From positions 13,063-77,062 of the forward strand of contig JBGPBS010000001.1 in the NCBI GenBank assembly GCA_041481365.1: DNA of 64,000 nt, given 5' to 3'. The notes beneath the pieces are model-generated. The model saw only the letters and a list, made by a program, of their open reading frames with translations, was not told where the DNA came from and ran no database searches. Position 1 is the stretch's first letter. Every line of letters begins with the position of its first letter. Source of the stretch: Candidatus Bathyarchaeia archaeon (GTDB taxonomy: Archaea > Thermoproteota > Bathyarchaeia > Bathyarchaeales > Bathycorpusculaceae). Positions 28,090 to 35,140 of this stretch are shown here, in pieces. A program made the position numbers and the translations under genes.

Positions 28090-31000
28090 GCTGTAGCCTC
28101 CGTTAATGCGGCTTCAACCTGGGCAAGTATCTCCTGCGTCGTAAAGTGTCCCATCGTGATAGCCTTCGTCGGGCATGCTGTGCCACAGGCGCCGCAGCCC
28201 TTGCACAAGGCCTCAATCACGTGTGCGATCGGCTTACCCTCTTTCTCTTTCAATTCGACTGCACCGTAAGGACACAGATATTCACAGATTCTGCAACCGC
28301 TACATAAATCTTCAGATACGTTTGCTACGATTCCTTCCATCTCGAGCTTGTCTTTCGAGAGAATCGTCGTCGCCCTTGCAGCGGCCGCACAAGCCTGCGA
28401 TATGCTCTCGTCAATGTACTTTGGCGAATGCGCCATTCCGCAGAGAAAAACGCCTTCTGTCGCAAAGTCCACGGGCCTAAGCTTCATGTGTGCCTCCAAG
28501 AAGGAACCTTCTTTGGTCAAAGGCACTTTGAGCATTCCAGCCAAGTGCTTGTTGTCAGGGTTTGGAATAGTTGCCGCACTCAAGACGACGGTGTCCGGCT
28601 CAACCTCAACCTCTTGACCTAGAACAGGCTCCCAGAAGATCACCGCCAGCCTTCCTTCCTCGTTCAAGACTTGCGGTTTCCTCTCATCATCATAGTTTAT
28701 GAACAGGACCCCTTTCATGGCGGCTTCTCGGTAATAATCCTCCTTGAAACCATAGGCACGCATATCCTTGTACAAGACGTAGACTTCAGTCTCTGGGCTT
28801 ACTTCTTTGATCTTCAACGCGTTCTTTATCGCTTGGCCACAGCAGATTCTCGCGCAGTTCGGTCTTTCCTCGTTCCTCGCGCCGACGCATTGTATCATGA
28901 GAACACTTTTGGCCTTGAAAGCGCCTTTCGAGAGTTTCTCTTCAAGCTCATGCTGAGTCACTATTCTCTGATCTGTGCCATAGAGGTATTCCTTAGGCGT
29001 GTACTCGGTAGCGCCTGTAGCTACTATGACTATGCCATGCTCGATTTCCTTCTCTTTGCCGTCGTGCTGCTTGATCTTCGTCTTGAAGTTGCCTACAAAA
29101 CCGTAGATATCGGTGACCTCTGCACTAGTGTAGACGTGTATCTTGCTGTTGCCCATAACTTCCTCAGCTAGAGCATCAAGCTTCTCCTTCGGGTTTGTGT
29201 TCTCCCCCAGCAGATAGTGAATCGTGCGGAGATGCCCGCCTAGCTCCTTTTCTCTTTCGACCAGATGAACCTCGAATCCCTGCCTCGCAAGCTCCAAAGC
29301 GGAGGTCATGCCGGACACTCCTCCGCCGATGACGAGGCCGATTGGCGTGACGTTTATCAAGGGCTTCTCCAACGGCTTCAAGAGCTTGGCCTTCGCAACT
29401 ATTGAGCGCACTAGGTCTTTGGCTTTCTTAGTGGCTGATTTCGGGTCATGCATGTGAACCCAGCTGCACTGATCTCGAATGTTCGTCATCTCGAACAGGT
29501 ACGGGTTCAACCCTGCTTCCTGCACCGTCTCCTTAAACAGGGGCTCATGCGTACGAGGAGTGCACGAAGCTACGATCACGCGGTTAAGGTTGTTCTGCTT
29601 TATCTTCTCCGCTATGAGTTTTTGAGTGTCCTGAGAACAGGTGTAAACGTTCGCCTCAGCATAGGCCACGTTGGGCAGGGTCCGGGCATACCGCACTACT
29701 TCCGGAACGTTGACCACGCCGCCGATGTTTATGCCGCAGTGACAGACGAACACGCCTATGCGCGGCTCTTCCTTGCTGACATCCCGTACGGGCGGGTACT
29801 CCTTCTTCTTAACCAGTTTTCCTCTTTCGCTCGCAACGATGCCCATGGCCTTTGACGCTGCCCCGCTTGCCTGAGCAACGCTCTCAGGGATATCCTTCGG
29901 CGCGGAGAAGGCCCCGCAGACGAATATGCCAAGCTTCGAAGTCTCAACCGGCGAGAACGTCTCCGTGTCACAGAACCTGTACTTGTTAAGTTTTATGCCC
30001 AAGTTCTTGGCAAGCTTCTCAGCGTCCTTTGGAGCCGTCATTCCAATCGACAGGACAACCATGTCGAACTCTTCTTCTTTGGGCGTCTCGTTCTCAACGT
30101 AATGAACGAACAGGTTCCCCGTTTTCGGATCTTCGGTCACTCCTGCGACTCTCGATCTCACAAAACGGATGCCCCACTCTCCTTGGGCACGCTCATAGTA
30201 TGAGTCAAATTCCTTCCCGTAAGAACGCATGTCCATGTAGAAAATGGTGGGGTCTAACTTCGAAGGCGTGTGCTCCTTAGCTATCACTGCCTCTTTCATG
30301 CCGTACATGCAGCATGCAGCTGAGCAATAATTGTTCCCAAGCTGATAGTCACGTGAACCAACACAGAAGACAAAAGCGATCTTCTTGGGAATCTCACCGT
30401 CCGACGGCCTTAGAACAAGTCCGCCATACGGTCCAGAAGCGCTCAGGATACGTTCAAACTCGATACTCGTCACAACGTTCGGATATCGACCGTAACCGTA
30501 CTCGCTCTTTAACCGCGCGTCGAAAGTTTCGAAGCCGAGAGCAAGAATGATCGAGCCAACTTTCAGCTTCCCTTCAGTCTCCTCTTGCTCATACTGAACG
30601 GCGTTTGCTTTGCAGATTTCAGCACATGTTCCACAACCGATGCATCTTTCACGGTCGATCATATACTTCAGCGGCACGGCTTGCGGGTACTCAACATAGA
30701 TCGCACCCCTATTGCCGAGACCCATATTGAACGTGTCGACCGCTTCGATCGGACATTTCTGTGCGCAAAGGCCGCAGCCGTTGCATTTGTCTTCGATTAT
30801 GTAACGAGGCTTCCTTCGAAGTTTTACTTCGAAGTTTCCAGCTTCACCGTTCAAGCCCGTGATTTCCGCGTTCGTCAAAATCGTGATGTTCGGATGCCTT
30901 CCCGTCGCCACGAGCTTGGGCGAAAGAATGCACATTGAACAATCGTTTGTTGGGAACGTCTTATCCAGCTGCGCCATCACGCCGCCTATGCATGGGCCCT

Positions 31001-31109
31001 GTTCGACCAGGTAGACCTTGAACCCAGAATCAGCTAAGTCAAGAGACGCCTGTATCCCTGCTACTCCTCCGCCCACTACCATGACTGCTCCAACTTTGGC
31101 ATCCGCCAT
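28086..31109 (-). CDS. hdrA: Double-length fused HdrA-like flavoprotein (two tandem HdrA-type FAD modules)
   Basis: 1007 aa. Module 1: GGGVAGIQASLDLA, MAQLDKTFPTNDCSMCIL, inserted ferredoxin CNGCGLCAQKCP/CIGCGTCAEIC, CVGSRD. Module 2: VFVCHCGINIGG N-domain, GGGVSGMTSALELA, IQCVGARNE..CARICC, C-terminal CSGCRICEYLCP/CKGCGACGTACP. Confidence 0.9.
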   Translation of the reverse strand: MADAKVGAVMVVGGGVAGIQASLDLADSGFKVYLVEQGPCIGGVMAQLDKTFPTNDCSMCILSPKLVATGRHPNITILTNAEITGLNGEAGNFEVKLRRKPRYIIEDKCNGCGLCAQKCPIEAVDTFNMGLGNRGAIYVEYPQAVPLKYMIDRERCIGCGTCAEICKANAVQYEQEETEGKLKVGSIILALGFETFDARLKSEYGYGRYPNVVTSIEFERILSASGPYGGLVLRPSDGEIPKKIAFVFCVGSRDYQLGNNYCSAACCMYGMKEAVIAKEHTPSKLDPTIFYMDMRSYGKEFDSYYERAQGEWGIRFVRSRVAGVTEDPKTGNLFVHYVENETPKEEEFDMVVLSIGMTAPKDAEKLAKNLGIKLNKYRFCDTETFSPVETSKLGIFVCGAFSAPKDIPESVAQASGAASKAMGIVASERGKLVKKKEYPPVRDVSKEEPRIGVFVCHCGINIGGVVNVPEVVRYARTLPNVAYAEANVYTCSQDTQKLIAEKIKQNNLNRVIVASCTPRTHEPLFKETVQEAGLNPYLFEMTNIRDQCSWVHMHDPKSATKKAKDLVRSIVAKAKLLKPLEKPLINVTPIGLVIGGGVSGMTSALELARQGFEVHLVEREKELGGHLRTIHYLLGENTNPKEKLDALAEEVMGNSKIHVYTSAEVTDIYGFVGNFKTKIKQHDGKEKEIEHGIVIVATGATEYTPKEYLYGTDQRIVTQHELEEKLSKGAFKAKSVLMIQCVGARNEERPNCARICCGQAIKNALKIKEVSPETEVYVLYKDMRAYGFKEDYYREAAMKGVLFINYDDERKPQVLNEEGRLAVIFWEPVLGQEVEVEPDTVVLSAATIPNPDNKHLAGMLKVPLTKEGSFLEAHMKLRPVDFATEGVFLCGMAHSPKYIDESISQACAAAARATTILSKDKLEMEGIVANVSEDLCSGCRICEYLCPYGAVELKEKEGKPIAHVIEALCKGCGACGTACPTKAITMGHFTTQEILAQVEAALTEATA

Positions 31110-31895
31110 CTAGGCCACCTCCAAAGCTCTATAGAGCGGGGTCGTACCCTCAATATGGTCCACTGTTATCATGTTCCTTCTCCGCATGTTCACGATCTGC
31201 TTGAGAACGGCCGCTGGCTCCAAGCAAGTTGCCTCGGACAAGGCCTTGATTGAAAGAGGCTCAGTTTGTGTCAATAGATGAATCTTCTGCCGAAAGAACT
31301 CGGCTTCAACAACCTCGTCGAGCAACGAATCAAACTCTTCTTGCGAGACTTTCTCATCGTACACGTTGTTTTTCTCTGTCAACTCTCTTTCCCTTCCGAC
31401 CAGAACTCTCAGCCTGAAATCTGAAGCAGCATTCCTTGCTGCTTCAAGGTTTTCAAGAACCTTCTGATCAGGCACTTTACCTGATGCGGGTGAGGGACCA
31501 AGCTTCTTTATCTGATCTGTGAATTCGGTCACTATTTGAGCAAACCTTTGACCCTCAGACGCTGAAACCCAGTCGAGTCTCAAGCGGTCTGGTCCTAAGC
31601 CCGTTAACGCTAGCAGCTTCTTCAGCATCTTGATCTTCCTTTCCTCGTACAGGTTTCCCTCGACATAGTGGCAATCAGCAGGGTGACATCCCAGGACAAT
31701 CACGCCATCTGCTCCGCGCATGAAAACCTCTAGGGGAATAATCGGGTCGATTCTTCCACTGCACATAACCCGGACAACCCTGATGTTTGAGGGATATTGT
31801 ATTCTGCTGACGCCGGCCAAGTCTGCACCAGCATAGCTACACCAGTTACATAAGAAACCGATGATCTTCGGCTCAAACGATTTCTTCTCACTCAT
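31110..31895 (-). CDS. mvhD: MvhD-domain protein with a ~120-aa C-terminal extension
   Basis: The N-terminal 140 aa are paralogous to 27652-28089 (IIGFLCNWCSYAGADLAGVSRIQYPSNIRVVRVMCSGRIDP). The extension ends in a helix-turn-helix-like LSIKALSEATCLEPAAVLKQIVNMRRRNMITVDHIEG. Confidence 0.88.
   Translation of the reverse strand: MSEKKSFEPKIIGFLCNWCSYAGADLAGVSRIQYPSNIRVVRVMCSGRIDPIIPLEVFMRGADGVIVLGCHPADCHYVEGNLYEERKIKMLKKLLALTGLGPDRLRLDWVSASEGQRFAQIVTEFTDQIKKLGPSPASGKVPDQKVLENLEAARNAASDFRLRVLVGRERELTEKNNVYDEKVSQEEFDSLLDEVVEAEFFRQKIHLLTQTEPLSIKALSEATCLEPAAVLKQIVNMRRRNMITVDHIEGTTPLYRALEVA
31792..31878. repeat. 87-nt segment perfectly identical to 27986-28072 (5-prime coding region of mvhD copy 2)
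   Basis: See the partner repeat at 27986-28072. Confidence 0.9.
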
Positions 31896-31896
31896 T

Positions 31897-33597
31897 TCAG
31901 TCGCCTCCCAAGGCTGCAGTAGCCTCTGCTAAGACCTGCTTGTCGCTGAAATGCCTCATCGTTATGGCCTTTTCTGGACAACTTGCAGCGCAGACGCCGC
32001 ATCCTTTGCAGAGAACGTCGTTGACTCTTGCTACTCCACGCTCATCCTTTTGGATAGCATTATAAGGGCAAAGTTTGACGCAGGTTCCGCAGCCCGTGCA
32101 CAGGACTTCATCGACTACGGAGGTTATGGCTTCCGTCCGCACTCGTTTCAGAGCCATGGGGATGCCTGCCCTTGAGGCAGCAGCATATGCCTGCGCGATG
32201 CTTTCAGGAATGGTCTTCGGGCTGTGAGCCGTTCCGCAGACGAATATTCCGTCCGTCGCGAAATCAACTGGCCTAAGTTTGACGTGAGCCTCAAAGAAGA
32301 AGCCGTCAGCTCCGATTGGAACCTTAAGCACCTTTGAAAGCTCTTTTGCGTCTCCAGTTTGAACCAGCGGAGTTGACAGAACGACGAGGTCAGCGTCAAG
32401 TTCAAGATTGTCATTAACTAGAATATCGCGCACTCTTACGGTGCATTTTCCATTCGACTCAACGGCAACTTCTGGAGGATCCTCCGCATCAAACCTTATG
32501 AATTGAACAAAGCTCTCTCTGGCCTTTTGATAGCAATCTTCGAAATCCTTGCCGTACGTCTGCATGTCCCTGTAGAGTATCGACACCTCAGCGTCTGGAT
32601 ACAGCTTTTTGATTTCCAGGGCATTCTTGACCGCGGTGGCACAGCATATTCTTGAACAATAGTTACGGCCGCCTTCTTTCCCTTCTCTTGCACCGACGCA
32701 TTGGATCATGACGACGTTCTTTGGATTCTTCAGCTTGCCCTCCTTCATGAGCCGCTCAAGCTCAAACTGAGTGACAACGTTCTTGCACTCGCCGTAACAG
32801 TACATTCCGCTGGGCTCGAAGACTTCCGCCCCCGTGGCCACGATTATCGTTCCAACGTCAAGCGCCTCATCCTTCCCTTCCTGATCCAGCGTAACCTTGA
32901 AGTTTCCTATGAAACCCTCAACGTTCTTAACCGTCGATAGAATGTGCAAGGTGATGCTCGGATTTGACTTCACGGCTTGAACAAACTCCTCCACTATTTC
33001 CGATGACTGCATGTCAGTCGGATAGAGCTTACAAAGCTCATTCAGCTTGCCTCCAAGCGCTTCTTTCTTTTCAACAAGGTGAACCGAAAAACCCTGATGC
33101 GCAAGGCTGACCGCCGCACTCATTCCTGAGATGCCACCGCCTATAACAAGGGCTGATGGTTGAACTTCGATCTCCGGCTCTGTCTGAGGCTCAAGCAGAG
33201 CAGCCTTGGCGACCGCCATTCTAACAATCTCTTTGGCTTTCTCTGTTGCCTCAGCCGGCTCCTTCGCGTGGACCCAGCTGCAGTGCTCTCGGATGTTGGC
33301 CATATGGAACAGATACTTGTTCAAACCTGCCTCTTCACAGGCACCTCTGAAAAGCGGCTCGTGAGTCCTGGGTGTACAAGAGGCCACGACCACTTGAGTA
33401 AGACCGTATTTCTTAATGGCCTCTTTGATCTTGCTTAATCCTTCTGACGAACAAGTGTAAAGGTTACCTTCAGCATACGCAACGTTGGGCAACGACTTCG
33501 CGTATTTAACAACTTCTGGAACGTTAACCACAGAGCCTATGTTGACCCCACAGTGGCAGACGAAAACGCCCACCTTAGGCTGTTTGTTCTCGCTCAT
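31897..33597 (-). CDS. hdrA: HdrA-like flavoprotein, C-terminal half of a split double HdrA
   Basis: Starts MSENKQPKVGVFVCHCGVNIG at an ATG that overlaps the upstream stop (ATGA). Collinear with residues ~445-1007 of the fused HdrA. GGGISGMSAAVSLA, IQCVGAREG..YCSRICC, CTGCGTCVKLCP/CKGCGVCAASCP. The ORF track extends it to 33708. Confidence 0.88.
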   Translation of the reverse strand: MSENKQPKVGVFVCHCGVNIGSVVNVPEVVKYAKSLPNVAYAEGNLYTCSSEGLSKIKEAIKKYGLTQVVVASCTPRTHEPLFRGACEEAGLNKYLFHMANIREHCSWVHAKEPAEATEKAKEIVRMAVAKAALLEPQTEPEIEVQPSALVIGGGISGMSAAVSLAHQGFSVHLVEKKEALGGKLNELCKLYPTDMQSSEIVEEFVQAVKSNPSITLHILSTVKNVEGFIGNFKVTLDQEGKDEALDVGTIIVATGAEVFEPSGMYCYGECKNVVTQFELERLMKEGKLKNPKNVVMIQCVGAREGKEGGRNYCSRICCATAVKNALEIKKLYPDAEVSILYRDMQTYGKDFEDCYQKARESFVQFIRFDAEDPPEVAVESNGKCTVRVRDILVNDNLELDADLVVLSTPLVQTGDAKELSKVLKVPIGADGFFFEAHVKLRPVDFATDGIFVCGTAHSPKTIPESIAQAYAAASRAGIPMALKRVRTEAITSVVDEVLCTGCGTCVKLCPYNAIQKDERGVARVNDVLCKGCGVCAASCPEKAITMRHFSDKQVLAEATAALGGD

Positions 33598-34913
33598 CTC
33601 TTGGCCTCCTTTGAAAGGCAGGCTATGGTCTCCGCTGCTCTTGCGGCCGCCCCGCTTGCCTGAGCAACGCTTTCTGGAATGTCCTTTGGGCTTTGGCAGT
33701 AACCGCAAATGTATATTCCAGCGACGTTTGTGTCAACTGGAGCTGTGAGCTGATTCTTGGACTTGAAGAATCCATACTCGTCAAGCTCTACGCCGGTCGC
33801 CTCGGCGATTTTCTTGTTGTCTACTTTTGGAATCAACGCTGGGCACAACACAACCATGTCAGCATCAAGCTTCTTCATGTTACAGCCTGCCTTGATGTCC
33901 TCATAATAGATTTGAAGACTCCTCGTTTTTGGATCTTCAGCGATTCCCCCGGGATGTGCCTTAATGTAATTCACGCTGTACTGGCTTTTTGCCCTGTCGA
34001 CGAATTCTTGAAAGCCTTTACCGACTGCTCTCATGTCCATGTACATGATGTAGACTTCAGTGTCGGGCATATGGTCTTTTGCCAAGATTGACTCCTTAGT
34101 CGCGTAGACACAGCACACGCTTGAGCAGTAGGGCAGTTCGCCCCGTTGGCTCCTCGAACCCACGCATTGAACGAAAACCAGGCTTTTGGGCTCTTTCCCG
34201 TCAGAAGGTCTAAGAAGGTGACCATCCGTGGGTCCAGACGCGCATATCAGCCTCTCAAATTCCATCGAAGTAATCACGTTCTTGAACCGTCCATAGCCGT
34301 ACTCCTTCATCGCTGAAGTATCGAAAGCGTCGAAGCCCGTCGCAAGAATTATCGAGGAGACGTTCAACACCTTTTCCTTCGGCTTTTGTTCATAATCTAT
34401 AGCAGCTGAGGGGCAGATTTTCTGGCATACTTTGCAGACGCCCTTCGTGAAGTATAGGCAGGTGTTTGGATCAATGGTGGCCACAAGGGGCACTGCCTGC
34501 TTGAAGGGCATGTATATGGCTTTTCTGTTTCCCAACCCCATGTCGAACTCATTTGGTGCCTTGACGGGACATTTCTCCATGCAGGTGCCACAGCCAGTGC
34601 ATTTGTCAGCGGTCACGTACCTTGGTTTCTGTAAGACTTTGACCTTGAAGTCACCCTTATCACCGCGAACCTCCTTTACCTCTGAGTAAGTCAACATCGT
34701 AATGTTCGGATGTCTGAAGCATTCAATCATCTTCGGCGCCAGTATGCAGATTGAACAGTCAAGCGTTGGGAAAGTCTTGTCGAGCTGTGCCATCCGACCG
34801 CCTATGCTGGGTGTCTTTTCGACGAGGTAGACTTTGGTTCCGCGGTTAGCCAAGTCGAGGGACGCTTGTATTCCAGCTATGCCTCCGCCGATTATCAGAA
34901 CCGAGTTTGACAT
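33594..34913 (-). CDS. hdrA: HdrA-like flavoprotein, N-terminal half of a split double HdrA
   Basis: 439 aa, collinear with residues 1-~440 of the fused HdrA. GGGIAGIQASLDLA, MAQLDKTFPTLDCSICIL, inserted ferredoxin CTGCGTCMEKCP, CVGSRSQ..YCSSVCC, PKDIPESVAQASGAA. Confidence 0.88.
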   Translation of the reverse strand: MSNSVLIIGGGIAGIQASLDLANRGTKVYLVEKTPSIGGRMAQLDKTFPTLDCSICILAPKMIECFRHPNITMLTYSEVKEVRGDKGDFKVKVLQKPRYVTADKCTGCGTCMEKCPVKAPNEFDMGLGNRKAIYMPFKQAVPLVATIDPNTCLYFTKGVCKVCQKICPSAAIDYEQKPKEKVLNVSSIILATGFDAFDTSAMKEYGYGRFKNVITSMEFERLICASGPTDGHLLRPSDGKEPKSLVFVQCVGSRSQRGELPYCSSVCCVYATKESILAKDHMPDTEVYIMYMDMRAVGKGFQEFVDRAKSQYSVNYIKAHPGGIAEDPKTRSLQIYYEDIKAGCNMKKLDADMVVLCPALIPKVDNKKIAEATGVELDEYGFFKSKNQLTAPVDTNVAGIYICGYCQSPKDIPESVAQASGAAARAAETIACLSKEAKR

Positions 34914-35051
34914 AGGTTGCGCTCCCTTCCGGTTTCTGGAGTGAATGAGTGAATTGATGAAGGTAAATAATCTTTACGTCTGAGGGAACTGTTTTTGATG
35001 ATGTGTGGGCTGATCATTCGATCTTTGAGCATGAATAGGATTATCCCCCAG

Positions 35052-35067
35052 TATGACACGTGTCATA
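35052..35067. promoter_or_regulatory. Perfect 16-bp palindrome TATGACACGTGTCATA upstream of the hdr/mvh operon
   Basis: Self-complementary as read. About 140 nt upstream of the hdrA start at 34913. Half-sites and spacing match the tandem sites at 54275-54310. Confidence 0.6.
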
Positions 35068-35140
35068 TTGAGCCAAACACTCACTATACCTAATAAGGTT
35101 TCCCATGTGCAAGCAGAAATATCGACGAGCTAATCCGCTA

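Noticed and set aside
33598-33708. N-terminal 37 codons of ORF 31897-33708 (MRLLPKPKGHSRKRCSGKRGG...)
   Set aside because: This part lies entirely inside the 3-prime end of the upstream hdrA-N gene in another frame and is Arg/Lys/Gly-rich. The ATG at 33597, with its ATGA overlap, aligns with the fused paralogue and is the credible start.
34985-35045. C/D-box sRNA candidate (ATGATGT ... CTGA) in the hdr upstream region
   Set aside because: The C-like and D-like boxes are only 5 nt apart, and there is no properly spaced terminal D box or terminal stem.
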